In this document: positions 17,316-28,800 of the stretch, one piece after another
How positions within the stretch are numbered: the stretch's first letter is position 1
How the letters are laid out: every line of letters starts with the position of its first letter
Source of the DNA: a bacterium
Lineage (GTDB): Bacteria; Patescibacteriota; 4484-211; GCA-002791395
Direction of reading: 5' to 3'
Length of the DNA stretch: 60,940 bases
Assembly (NCBI GenBank): GCA_027002475.1
Contig: JALWZS010000023.1
Location: 1 to 60,940, forward strand
Made by a program: the position numbers and the translations under genes
Notes under the pieces: model-generated
Seen by the model: the letters and a program-made list of their open reading frames with translations, nothing else
Told to the model about the DNA's origin: nothing
The model's database searches: none

Positions 17316-18479
17316 TTAGAATGTAGCGGTTGCACGGAATGTCAGTGTGTTTGTATAGTCGCTAGCAGCAGCGGTTGACCGACCTGCAACTGCTCGTGCC
17401 TCGATCTGTGCACTTCCTGAAACTACTGGACCACTTGTTGTGTAAATGTTCGCAGTAGTGCCAAATGAAGTTTGTACAGGAGACGCATCAGTTGCTGCAG
17501 CACTATCGTATGAAGCATCAGGAGTCATGGTAGTTCCACTAGCATCTTCACTTTCAGATACTGCAACTATTCCCCACGATCCATCCACGCTATTAGTGCT
17601 TAATGTTGCAAGGTCAGAGCTGACAAATGGTATGTTATCACTAGCTGCTGTACTGCTAAGACCATTGGAGTCATCAGTTATAACCTGAACAACTGTACCG
17701 TTAGCGGCGTTGCTGTCGAGGTCTAACCAGATTTCGGATACTCCACTCGTACTACCTGTAGTAACAGTATCGTATGTTAACTCACCTAGGTCTAATGTAT
17801 ATGGCGCGTCACTATCACCACCACCATCAGCAATATCTAAGTCGAATGTGATGTATGTATCAACTGAAGCGGTAACAGTTACCTGATCACTATCCATGAT
17901 CGGCACATCTACTGCAAATGCATCATCACCAAATGTTCCTGACAGGTTTATCTCTTGCGAACCTGCAGTCCCTGGGTTGGTTAAACGATCTGTACCACCT
18001 GATGCCGTACTCCCTACTTCAATAGTGATAGTAGCAGCCGCGGATGATGCAGTGTAAGAACTACAAGCCTCAAAGGTCAAGGTTCCTGCAGCATCGGCAA
18101 CAGTAACTGCAATATTATCAGCGCCCGCCGTACAGGTAGGCGAAGCCCCGACATCTACAATCGTCCGTTCAGTGCCGTCATTAAAATCGATGTCAGCAAC
18201 AGCCAAATTAGTACCATCTAAGGTAAAACCTGAGCTGTCCTCGTTAAAATCAACAATGATTGTTTCACCTGCAGCAAAAGTTTCTGATGCTGACAGTTGA
18301 AAGGTAATTGTATGACCAGCGGCCGTAGAAATTGCATGACGAGTAAGCTCATCCTTAGCACTCTGAACTGTAGTAGCGTAAACCTTCTGAGATCCAGAAA
18401 GCCCTACAAACAGTTGGAATGCCATTAGTGCAATACCTACACTTGCGATAGCACGACTTTTTCGTACTTTTTTGAGCAT
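17316..18479 (-). CDS. secreted Thr/Ser/Ala/Asp-rich beta protein with a WxL-like C-terminus (387 aa)
   Basis: ATG at 18479 is preceded by AAGGAGGTGA. The signal peptide is MLKKVRKSRAIASVGIALMAFQLFVGLSGSQKVYA. Internal motif VDTYITFDLD...YTLDLGELTYD. It ends SDYTNTLTFRATATF. Confidence 0.75.
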   Translation of the reverse strand: MLKKVRKSRAIASVGIALMAFQLFVGLSGSQKVYATTVQSAKDELTRHAISTAAGHTITFQLSASETFAAGETIIVDFNEDSSGFTLDGTNLAVADIDFNDGTERTIVDVGASPTCTAGADNIAVTVADAAGTLTFEACSSYTASSAAATITIEVGSTASGGTDRLTNPGTAGSQEINLSGTFGDDAFAVDVPIMDSDQVTVTASVDTYITFDLDIADGGGDSDAPYTLDLGELTYDTVTTGSTSGVSEIWLDLDSNAANGTVVQVITDDSNGLSSTAASDNIPFVSSDLATLSTNSVDGSWGIVAVSESEDASGTTMTPDASYDSAAATDASPVQTSFGTTANIYTTSGPVVSGSAQIEARAVAGRSTAAASDYTNTLTFRATATF

Positions 18480-18544
18480 ATTTTGCTCACCTCCTTTCTC
18501 GTTTTTAATGTACGTAAACAAAACTCATATTATTCAATGGTATA

Positions 18545-18835
18545 TAAGATTGCGTCGCTGGCGCTCGCAATGACAGAAAAAAAGCTCGTAATGGACGTAC
18601 GCTCCGCGTACTTAAGATTGCCGCAGTCATTGCACTCCTTCGCAATGACAAAAACCCGTCACTGCGAGGAACGTAGTGACGCGGCAGTCTGACGCCTAGC
18701 GTCATTGCGAGGTAATCACGCAGTGATTTAACGAAGCAATCTAATTTGGTAGAGATTGCCACGCCTTCGGCTCGCAATGACGACAATCCGTCACAGAGAT
18801 TACTTCTCCCGCCCATGGTGGGATCGTAATGGCGA
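18545..18835. repeat. hairpin-repeat array R5
   Basis: About 10 core copies, including CGTCACTGCGAGGAACGTAGTGACG. Confidence 0.85.
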
Positions 18836-19139
18836 AGCCTAGCCATAGCAGAAGTAAACATAACCCTTAAAGGCTCTAAAGAAGTTTGGGACAGTTGTGA
18901 AACTTCTTTTTTCATAAGTACTACTCTATCCTCTACAAAATCATGGTCGATGTCAATACCAAACGTGCCAGAAAACGACACGATACTATCGGGCACGCAC
19001 CCTCAAGACTATGGGGCTAGGGGCTTTAGGGCGGTTAAGTTTACGAGTAGCGCGGCACTAGTTTAGATTGATAGCATCGAACAAAACAGGACAGTACAAA
19101 TAAACCACAAAGCACAAAATCCAAACAGCACAAACAAAC

Positions 19140-19628
19140 CCGTCACCGCGAAGCAGTCTCGCCTATTGCTAGATTGCCACGCCACTTCGTGGCTCGCAAT
19201 GACGAAACCACCACCGCCACAAGGCGTCACCTGGTGACTCGCCGCGGAGACTCCGACGCATAGCGTCACTGCGATCCCGCCTTGGGCGGGAGCAGCAGTC
19301 TCCTGAGTACGGAGATTGCTTCGCGTGATTGAGATTGCCGCAGTCGTTGCACTCCTTCGCAATGACGCGAGGAATCGCGATAATACACCAAGTCGTCATT
19401 GCGAGCGCTAGCGAAGCAATCCCACTACCCTGAGATTACTTCAGTCGCTTCGCTCCTTCGTAATGACGGGAGAAGTATAGCAATGGACGCAGGCAAAGCC
19501 TGCTTACAGGAGACACTGCGTTTCTCCACCTCCCCCAACCGTCATCGCGAGCCACAACGTGGTGCGGCGATCTACAACAACGAGATTGCCACGGAATTTA
19601 TATGATAAATTCCTCGCAATGACAAGGG
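19140..19628. repeat. hairpin-repeat array R6
   Basis: About 10 core copies plus one GGAGACAC..GTTTCTCC module. It lies directly downstream of the ABC permease gene. Confidence 0.85.
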
Positions 19629-19632
19629 ATTC

Positions 19633-20883
19633 TCATTCGTATCGTAGTGCGTCGAGGGGGTCAATTTTGGATGCTCGCCTTGCTGGATAAAACCCAGTTA
19701 TCGCCCCCATCAAGAACGACGAGATTACAACCAACACAATAAACCACAAAGGAGCAGAGAATAAATCTACAGCCTCTCCTCCAGCCCTTTGCGCAATCGT
19801 GTTGATAATATAGTTAATCGTTTCCGTACTTATAAACCCTAACGCCAACCCCGACATGCCCCCAAGAAATCCAATCAGTATAGAATCAAATAAAAACAAA
19901 CTCCATATATCCTTACTGGTAGCACCAATAGCTTTCATAATTCCCACCTCACGAGTACGTTCAAGAAGCGAAATTGTTAAGGTGTTAAACATTCCAACTG
20001 CAGAAATGAAAAGCGCAATAATACCAACGGCAGTAAACATAATTTGCGTAAAACCAAAGATTTGATTTAACTGATCTAAAGTTTCTGTCAGAGCCGAAAC
20101 CGAGTACCCCCTGCTTTGTAATTCTTTCTTTAATGGATCTACGCTATCCTGGTCCGCCACCTGCACCTTAAGCAGTGACGGCTCCAGAGCATCAATCCCA
20201 GACACTCGCCCCAAAGGCATATACATATAGTTACTGCCCGCATCAACAATTCCAACAATCGTAAATTGTTGAGTAAAATCAATCTTTCTACTTAATGTCC
20301 CACCAGTCTCCCCCTCACCAAGTAACTGATCTTGCTTTTGTTGTTCTTTTAGAATCAGCTCTTTTGGCACAATTAAAGTTACGCCCACGTTTTTACCCAA
20401 CGCCTCTTCTGGAGTCAGGTTAAACAATTTAAGAAGATGGGTTGTTACTACAATTGCGTACTGATCGTCCTGCGTATAAAGCTCTCCTAAGGTTGGAGTG
20501 ACACCAGCCAAGCCGAAAAAGTCCGGCTCCACCAAATAAGCAACAGTCTGCCCAACTAAATCTCCATAATCTAGTGTTGCAGCCATGTTCTTTTGCGGCA
20601 ATACTTTCACTACGCTAGAATTCGTTTCTGGTAGCGAAGTAAAGTAGTCATCGCTAAGAGAAAGCAAATCCTTAACACCGGCGCCAACAGTAACATCTAA
20701 GGTAAGTAGCGACTGCGACGTAACGATTTTATTTACAACAAGTTCCTGAATACCAAACGCCAACGCAATTAAAAAGTAAACAATACTTATACCAACCCCA
20801 ACACCAAGCACCGTTAAAAACACCCGCAGTTTGCGGTTTTTAAATCGCTGTAGATTTAACTTAATTACTGATCTTAATTTCAT
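19633..20883 (-). CDS. MacB/FtsX-type ABC transporter permease (4 TM, large extracytoplasmic loop)
   Basis: The N-terminal TM is followed by a ~230-aa loop and a C-terminal FtsX-like bundle (...MKAIGATSKDIWSLFLFDSILIGFLGG...FYPARRASKIDPLDALRYE). There is an ATGA overlap with the ATPase gene. Confidence 0.85.
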   Translation of the reverse strand: MKLRSVIKLNLQRFKNRKLRVFLTVLGVGVGISIVYFLIALAFGIQELVVNKIVTSQSLLTLDVTVGAGVKDLLSLSDDYFTSLPETNSSVVKVLPQKNMAATLDYGDLVGQTVAYLVEPDFFGLAGVTPTLGELYTQDDQYAIVVTTHLLKLFNLTPEEALGKNVGVTLIVPKELILKEQQKQDQLLGEGETGGTLSRKIDFTQQFTIVGIVDAGSNYMYMPLGRVSGIDALEPSLLKVQVADQDSVDPLKKELQSRGYSVSALTETLDQLNQIFGFTQIMFTAVGIIALFISAVGMFNTLTISLLERTREVGIMKAIGATSKDIWSLFLFDSILIGFLGGMSGLALGFISTETINYIINTIAQRAGGEAVDLFSAPLWFIVLVVISSFLMGAITGFYPARRASKIDPLDALRYE

Positions 20884-22817
20884 TTTTTACCAAATAATCT
20901 AATAACGCTCTCAACTTCCCTACTTAGCCTTCTTGCAACCTGACTATACAAGTGGGCAGAGCCAACACCCTCAGAAGCATCTAGATATCTTTCAAACTCT
21001 TCTGGAGTAATTACCCCTTCCATTCTATACCTAACTAATTGGATTATTGTTAGTATCTGATCTTTAGACAGTTTGTGCTTTTGCCTTCTATCAATCAAGT
21101 AGCCAAGCATCATTAAAATTCTTTCATTCTTCGCATCAAGGTGCGACCTGTTTGCCCAGACCTCCTCAAATCCGCTAACCTGTCTTGGCTCTTGAGCCTC
21201 TTTTACCCTCACCCGTTTTTGATGCCTTAACATCTCAAACAATACGACAAGCGAGTTGATGTTATCGGACAAGCGCCTAGCTGTTTGCTCGTACAACCCA
21301 ACGCCGCCACCTGACACACTTTGATGCAGTATGTTATATAGTTCATCGTTTTGTAATACACCAGCCATGCGCTCCCGAATGGCCTGGATAAGTGTCAATA
21401 GTTGTTCTTTTTCAAGGTGATGGAGTTGATATTCAGATAACCACTCTTTAATAATCTTAATTAATACCTCTGACTCTTTATCGAAGTGTGTTCGGGTTAA
21501 CCATAGCTCATCAAACGGTGTAATCTCTTCAACGTCCTCCTCTTTCTCATCTTTATGCCGCTTATGGTAGCCAAATAGTTTAATCATTCCTTCAACCATA
21601 TTGGCAAGTTTGTTAGCGGTAGTTTTATTTAGTCCAACCCCACCTTTGGACCTTGATTTATCCAAATACTCCAACAGTTCTTCTCGTGTTAATTCATCAT
21701 GAATTCTAAGCCTTATGGCTTGTATCATATCCAACAACTCTTCATGCGAGTATTGATCCAGTACGCTTTTATCAACAACATAATTAAGCATGCTTAAGAT
21801 ATGCTCATCTTCTACGCTAAGGCGGGAACGATTTGCCCACAACCTTTCAAATCCAGAAAGAACGACTATGCGCCTTGCCTCTTCCTCTGCACCACCTTCT
21901 GCTTCTTCCTCCTTAGCGACTTCACTTTCTGGCACACCCGCAATCGCGTCTGTTGCTATTAGAGTTTCATCAGGTAGTTCTTGCTCCGCAGCTTGCTCTG
22001 CCGGAGCTACTGCTGGCTCTGGTGGCTGTTGTGATGGAAGCAACCCTTGTTCATCTACACCCTCATCTAATCGTTGCTCCAAGGTTTCTTCAAATGTTGA
22101 ATAGTAGGATTTTTGGTGATAAATCGTCTGCTTAATTATCTTACCGTCAAGAACATGTATAACCCTATCCGCCCATGGAAACTGAGTAGGATCATGAGTA
22201 ACAACAACTAAGGTGACACCAAGGTTTTGATTAAGGTTTCTAAAGAGCCTCATAACATCTTCACTTGTTTTGCTATCTAGATTCCCAGTTGGCTCGTCAG
22301 CTATAAGGATAGGCGGATTAGCTACAAGTGCACGCATAATTCCAACGCGCTGCTGTTGCCCACCTGACGCCTCAACTGGCAATCGGTTTGCTAATGATGA
22401 AAGTTGGAACTCCTCTAAGAGCTTATCTGCCCTCGCCCTTCTTTCCTCGTGTGGAACACCAGCAAAAACTAGTGGCAATGCAATGTTTTGCCTGATACTT
22501 AACGTTGGAATTAGGTTGTACGCCTGAAATACTATACCTACCTTATCTCTATGGAACTTAGCACGTTCATTTCCACTTAAAGACTCTAAATCAACCCCAT
22601 CAATAGTAACCTTTCCCGTAGTAACAGAGTCCAACCCAGAGATAATGTTAAGAAGCGTTGATTTACCTGACCCTGAAGGTCCAAAGATTATAACGAACTC
22701 ACCCTTAAACACTTTAAGAGAAATCCCACGTAGAGCCTGCACTTCTATATCGCCTTGCCCAAAGGTTTTTGTCACATTATCTACCTGTATGATTGGTTTA
22801 AACAGCTCAGATTCCAT
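20880..22817 (-). CDS. MacB/LolD-type ABC ATPase with a ~415-aa C-terminal extension (acidic linker plus three ~112-aa repeats)
   Basis: Walker A is GPSGSGKST, signature SGGQQQRVGIMRAL, Walker B ILIADEPT, H-loop VVVTHD, all in residues 1-230. Repeats start at F323, F435 and F550. Confidence 0.9.
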   Translation of the reverse strand: MESELFKPIIQVDNVTKTFGQGDIEVQALRGISLKVFKGEFVIIFGPSGSGKSTLLNIISGLDSVTTGKVTIDGVDLESLSGNERAKFHRDKVGIVFQAYNLIPTLSIRQNIALPLVFAGVPHEERRARADKLLEEFQLSSLANRLPVEASGGQQQRVGIMRALVANPPILIADEPTGNLDSKTSEDVMRLFRNLNQNLGVTLVVVTHDPTQFPWADRVIHVLDGKIIKQTIYHQKSYYSTFEETLEQRLDEGVDEQGLLPSQQPPEPAVAPAEQAAEQELPDETLIATDAIAGVPESEVAKEEEAEGGAEEEARRIVVLSGFERLWANRSRLSVEDEHILSMLNYVVDKSVLDQYSHEELLDMIQAIRLRIHDELTREELLEYLDKSRSKGGVGLNKTTANKLANMVEGMIKLFGYHKRHKDEKEEDVEEITPFDELWLTRTHFDKESEVLIKIIKEWLSEYQLHHLEKEQLLTLIQAIRERMAGVLQNDELYNILHQSVSGGGVGLYEQTARRLSDNINSLVVLFEMLRHQKRVRVKEAQEPRQVSGFEEVWANRSHLDAKNERILMMLGYLIDRRQKHKLSKDQILTIIQLVRYRMEGVITPEEFERYLDASEGVGSAHLYSQVARRLSREVESVIRLFGKK

Positions 22818-22818
22818 G

Positions 22819-25800
22819 TTAAATATCCTTCAACCAACTAAATGTCTCTTCTAGAGAGCCAAATATCAACTCAAATATACTTACCTTTTTCCCAGGTGTT
22901 AGCATAACATTGGGCTCAGAAATGGTCTCGTTGCCGCTTGGATCCACCGATATTACTACAAACTGATAAGCGGTAGATGTCTTTAAGTCATTGAGGATAA
23001 CGATATGGTCTTTTCCATAATCAGTATCTATCTCTGATGCAAATTCGTAGTCTTTACCGCCTACGGTTTCTGTATATTTTACTTGTGCCGTTGACTCTTC
23101 GTTTGTATTCCAGCTAATAATGGCTTGTACGGTTGATTGATCGTTGTTTAAGTTGGCATGTGTTTCAATTAGTGAGATCACTGGACCGACATGGTCATCT
23201 GCCGTTTCAAACGAGTACTCATCGGAATCATAAGTGTTGTTATTTTGGTCAGTCATTTTAATAACTACAGAGTATGTTGTATTTGGAGACAAATCGGTAA
23301 GCGCAATTGTATGCTTATTGCCAAATCCCTGTCCAAGTTTTGTTCCAAGGTCTCCTGTTCTAGTGTTTTTGTATTGAACGGCAATTGTTGAAAGTATATT
23401 GGTTTCAAAGTTAAGTTGAGCCGATGTTGGAGTAATATTAGCAATATCAAGATTAACGATACTCGGCGTTGATCTAGTTGTAAATGAATACTCATCAGAA
23501 CTCAACAACGTTCCGTCGGCGGACTGCCCCTTAACTATAAAGTAATATGTGCCACCAGTTGCAAGGTTATTAATCTCTATTTGATGCGTTAACCCTACAA
23601 AGGCATCTGTCAAGATGTTGTCGTATACACCTGTTTGTGTTCCATACTCAATCTGACTATCAGTCGGGATAGAAGTTTGCCAGGCAATACTTGCGCTATT
23701 AAACGTTAGGTTCGCTACTCGCACGTTAGAAAGACCGGGCATAGATGTAGTTCTAAAGGTAGATATTGGTGAAATGATGTAGTCGTTTTGAGCATCTTGG
23801 CTTTTTACCTGGAATTCGTATGTAGTATTTGCGGCCAAACCTGCCAACTTTACTAAGTGATCGTTGGTAAATGTAGCTCCACCACCTGCAACTAAGGGTT
23901 TAGCATTCGAACCTTCAACTCTATAAACGACTGTTGAGGTAGATGGCGTGTTGGTTGACCAAATAATATCTGCACTAACCGCAGTTATATTTTGCACCAC
24001 CGGAGCGCCCGACGAGATAACTGGTGGGGTTTCGCCACCGGTTCCGCCATCTGGAAGCATTTCTTCTTTTACATCTTCAGGCTGAGTGATAAATGTATCA
24101 TCTGCAGTTTGCCCCATGTTCCCAGCCGAATCTAGTGCGTAAATCTTGAAATGATACGTGGTTGCAGGACTTAAGTTATGCAGTGAAATTGTATGCTCGG
24201 TTAAGAAAGTGTCTAGGTTTCCGCTTGTGTCTCCTCTATCGTAATCAGTGCTAGTGCCATATTCAATAAGCCCTCTGGCTGGTTCTGATGTAGTAAAGGT
24301 TACGTCGATACCTGTAGGGGTAACGTTAGACAGTGCAATATTACTTATCTCAGGAGCTGTTAAATCCTTATCTGTACCAGGCTCACCCGCAAGCGTTGTA
24401 AATTCATATCCTTGCGATGTTGTAGTATTCCCCGACGCATCACTTGATATTACTCGGTAGAAGTAGTGCGTTTCTGGCTCTAGTCCTGTTAGTGTAACCG
24501 AATGTCCAACAACATAATCAGACGTTGTTGTAGTCTCATTGCCATATGAATCAGTTAAACCATACTCGACCTTAGAGTTTGCACTTTCATCTGTTGACCA
24601 AACAATCCCTGCAGAGCTCACTCCAGCAATCGCATCAACGTTTGAAATTGTTGGTGCGATTGTATCCGCTCCTGTTGTGAAGTTTTGTGTATTATCGTCA
24701 ATAGACTCCGCCTTATTATCAGTGGCATCGTACGAGATAACTTTAAAGTAATATGTATTGGCAGGCTCAAGGTCTGTTAACGTCACCGTGTGTGAGTACT
24801 CCATTGTTGTTACACCAACCTGCTGCGTATAAACGCCTGGTGTTGTCGAGTATGCTACAAGTGCGTTTGCCAATTTATCGGTATCCCATGAGATTACCGC
24901 AGAGTTAAGGTCTACACCATCTACACTTACGTTACTTATCACAGGTGCGCTTGGACTGCTACCACCGCTTCCACTACCCGGAGTTACTCCTGAGTCCCAC
25001 TCAATAGAAGAACCTTGTTGGACACCAATGTTTTGATTGTAATTTGACACATTACCATCAAGATCGCGTGCAACAACACGATAAAAGTATTCGGTATTAA
25101 CATCAAGACCTGTATCAACATAAAAGTTTTCTGCAATATCTGTAATTGTTGCTTCAAGCGTGTACGTGTCAGTACTTGGGTCAGGACCTTCGGTTGACAT
25201 ATACAAATCGTATGCAGCAAATCCTGGTGCTGGTTCTGTTATCTTTTGCCAAGACACAAAGACTTTATAGTCGTTACCGTAAACATAGGAAATATCCGTA
25301 GTTACCAGATCTTCTGGAACTTGCGGAGTAGATGAGCTTATCTGAGCACTTTCGTTTCCATAGATATCTCTAAACTGTATATAAACAGTCTCAATGCCAT
25401 TTGAATCCGCCTCCATCACCCAGTCTTTTGTTGCAGCAAATGCAATCCACTGACCAGAGTCACTATTGGTCCCATCAAATGACAAATCTGCATTATTTGA
25501 GATCTTCATTTGCATTGCCGAATTATCGTCTGCAGCTATAGTTAGTCTATCTAGTCGAGAATCAACACCAAGTAGCAAATTTTCAGGAGCTTTTGTATCA
25601 AGTACTAAAGTTTTGTCATCATACCCAACTTGATTGGCAGCATTACCATCAACAGACACTATTCGTACCTTTGCGTCAGATTTGTAAAAGTCGGTCAGAT
25701 CATCTTTTACATTCCACGTGACACTATACCCAGAACCCGTACTTAGCGTTCCCAAGTCATCACTGCCATCAATTCCATTTAAGGGCATTAACCATGTGGC

Positions 25801-28800
25801 AGTGCTTGCACTATGACTTGTAGGTCTAGTTTGATTCGCACCCCGTGATATACCCGTCAAAGTGTTGCCTGTACGAGAAGAGTAGGTTATCATTTCTTTA
25901 TCAATCATTATTGTTCCCCCACCAGTAGGAAATTGATCTACTCCAGTTCCGCTTAGAGTAATATCGCTAGTAGAGACAGAGTCAGGGATATCAGAACTAA
26001 TAGCCGCCCCAACATCGATAAAGAAATAATTAGTTAGAGTTGATTCTTCGGCATCGCTGGTGTTATAGACCATTTCGACAACTCCATTAACGCTTTGTTC
26101 TGGCACATTGGTAATTGTCACGTCAGGTGCGGTATTAATAACGTACTGTACGCGGACCTCATCAAGCTGAGGTGTATTACCGCCAACAGATGTCATAAAC
26201 ATCTTGTATTGGAACCACTGGTCATCGGTTGCATCTAGCTGAGCTGAATTGATACCTGTACAAGTTACTGTTGTTCCATTTTTCGAACAACCTGGTGCAC
26301 TATCATCATAGTAATCGCTACTACTAGTTGGCCCTAAGAATGGTCCCCATGCTCCAGGCGATCCTCCGTTATCTGGCGCTGTCCTAATCTGAAACTGTAT
26401 GTTAGTGCCTGCAGGTAAAGTAGCATCTTCGTCCCAAATGATTGCAGAGACAACGTTTGTCGGATCCTCAGTATTAAAGGCAGAACCAGTTAACTCACCA
26501 TTAAAGCTGTAATGATCATAAACTATATAAACCGCCTGTAATCGTGGGGTTTCAAGGCTAGATGAAGTTGTTAGAGTTGCTTGATATTGAATGTATCTAT
26601 CTCCGTCTGTCACACAGCTATTTGAACTAATATCACTAGATTGAGTCACGTTACTACACGTTGACCAATCTGGAGCCCCCACCATATTGGCGTCATTAGA
26701 GGTACGCACCTTCATTGTTATATTAGTAGAGGCGCTATTTATTTCGTCCCATGAGATTTGACCAAAGCCAATATTCTCTGTTGTGTCTAGCACTGAGGAT
26801 GTGAATGTGCCAGATGCGTAGTAGTTTGCCCTAAAGGCGTACCTCCAAAAGGTATTCGTTTTACCACCATGAGTGGAGTACAAAAACAATCCAGCATTAC
26901 CAGGAAAAATCATGTCTGAACCAGATTTAGGAGTTCCTGGTGAGTCGGTAAGATTTGTCCACTCGTTTCCAAGTACATAGTTAAATTTCCAAAAGGTTCG
27001 CTCGTTATTCCCTGGATAAATATAAAGATAATCGTCTAGGCCTGGATACATTAAGACCGCCCCTTCGCCTACAGGTGTATTTTCTGGAGTAGTAGCGACT
27101 ACATTCCAACTGTCTGTTGCTACTTGATACTGTAAAACCCTGTTTGTGTAATTACCTTGCAGGGCATAAAAGGTTCCACCCCCAACATAGGCTAAATCGC
27201 CACCTCTGTCTATTGGATAATTAACTGAAGAGATAGTATTATCCCAAGCCGAACAAACACTTAACGGGCTACTAGAAATTTGACAACGCTTAAATCCTGT
27301 TGTCCCATTCCCCATAGTTACGTACAAATAGCCGGTAGAAGAATCAAACGCTAAAGCGCTACCATGCCCAACCTCACCAGGAGAAGTGTAGTTTGTCCAT
27401 GTATCAGTTGGAATGTCATATCGCCAAAAGCCGCTACTTATACCAGCACCTACGTTTCCTTGTGTAGCATAAATCCCTGTTGGATCGACTTGATCGTCAT
27501 ATGCCAAATCGGCACCGTAATACACGTTCCCAGGTGCGTCTGCCATTTTGGTCCATGCCCCAAAGCCTCCGTTTGCATCGATGCTAAATCGATAAAAGTC
27601 TGGTGTGTTACCTCCTCGCAATGCGTAAATATACCCATTGCCGTCATCAACCTCGACCAAAGCTCCACCTAAATCCACGTTGACATTAGGGGGCAAAAAC
27701 GCAATAGTTGACCACTTATCTGTAGATTCAGAGTAGAGCCAAAACCTTGTAGAGTATTCATTGCTTGCAGCACCTGCTTTAGATAACGTATAAACTTGTG
27801 AGTTATAAAAAATCGCACCTGCCCCATCACGTACAAGATCAGGTGTATTTCCTTTTGCTACCCACGAATCCGTAGATATTGTGTACTCATAGAAACCTTG
27901 ACTACCAGACTGATTGCTATCACCAGGGATATAGTACAACTTGTCAGAGTTATCTGTTCGGACTAACGCAGAACCACTATACGGCGGTTCTGGAAGATTG
28001 CTAGGTTGACCGCCATCACTCGCATCATTCCATTTATTTGTTACGCGGTTAAACACCCAAAAGTTTGTGCTCGATATTCCACCTTGAGTTACATAGAGCA
28101 AGTTACCACTTCCTGGGGACTCGATATCGGCACCAATACCAAGTACGGCAGGCGGCGGAGCAGAAGAGCTTAGGTCTGTCCATGTCCCTGTAGAAACATC
28201 GAACTTTTCGAAATAGTTTGTGTTCCCTCCAACGACGACAAATATCTCAGTACCTACGCCTGGGTAATCCATATCTCCACCATTTCTAGTTCCCCTAGGA
28301 GGACTAGGCGCCGCGCTCCATGTGTCCGTTGCAATATCGTACTTCCAAAACGTCGTGTCAGTTCCCCGTAAAACATATAAAACGTTATCAGGGTCGTAGT
28401 AGGTCATGCTGGCACCAGATCGCAGTAACTCTGGTGGAGAGGTAAGTTGGGTCCATTGATTATCTGTTATTGAATACTTGTAAAAAAGGTCTGAAGAGTC
28501 ACCAAGTATTACGTATATTTCATCACCAACTTTAACCATCTTTGAGTCTGCATTCAACTCAAACGGTTGCATTGATGGTTCGCTCCAGGTGTCGATGTCT
28601 TGCGGGTTTTGGTTGGCTAGCTGCACTTCGCCACCAGTCCCCTCACCCATTACACGCGTATGTGGAGGTGTTTCTGGACCGAAATCTCCAGCTTCAAAAT
28701 CTGCCCTTTCGGTTTGTGTAAGAGTTGCAGTGTCAGGCGCTAACACTAAAGAAGTACCTGCAGAGTCGTCAATATTGGTTTGAGACGAATACCTATTCCA

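Noticed and set aside
18836-19140. A unique ~300-nt spacer between arrays R5 and R6. It contains an AT-rich hairpin AAAGAAGTTT-N12-AAACTTCTTT followed by a T-run on the plus strand (18878-18912).
   Set aside because: It looks like an intrinsic terminator, but no plus-strand gene lies upstream. The N-terminal part of ORF 18505..18996 that covers it has no recognisable family. I could not decide between a gene remnant, a small RNA and chance, so it is not called.
13579-19605. Track ORFs lying on the repeat arrays. In this interval: 13579..13797, the 5' part of 13799..14191, 14379..14561, 14399..14584, 14615..14830, 15371..15622, 15471..15668, 16919..17326, 16950..17267, 18483..18692, 18505..18996, 19063..19362, 19169..19399 and 19399..19605. 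Outside it: 29597..29788, 29788..30051 and 36740..36922.
   Set aside because: They are read-through of hairpin repeats, giving the recurring peptides VIASEA.QS, LRSQ and PRHYVPRSDG in several frames and on both strands. They overlap one another and have no start context. They are composition artefacts of the repeat family.
13421-19632. Possible CRISPR array(s), suggested by the dense short repeats.
   Set aside because: Repeat units occur in both orientations and are nested palindromes of variable length. Spacing is irregular, there are no constant-length unique spacers, and no cas genes are in the window.
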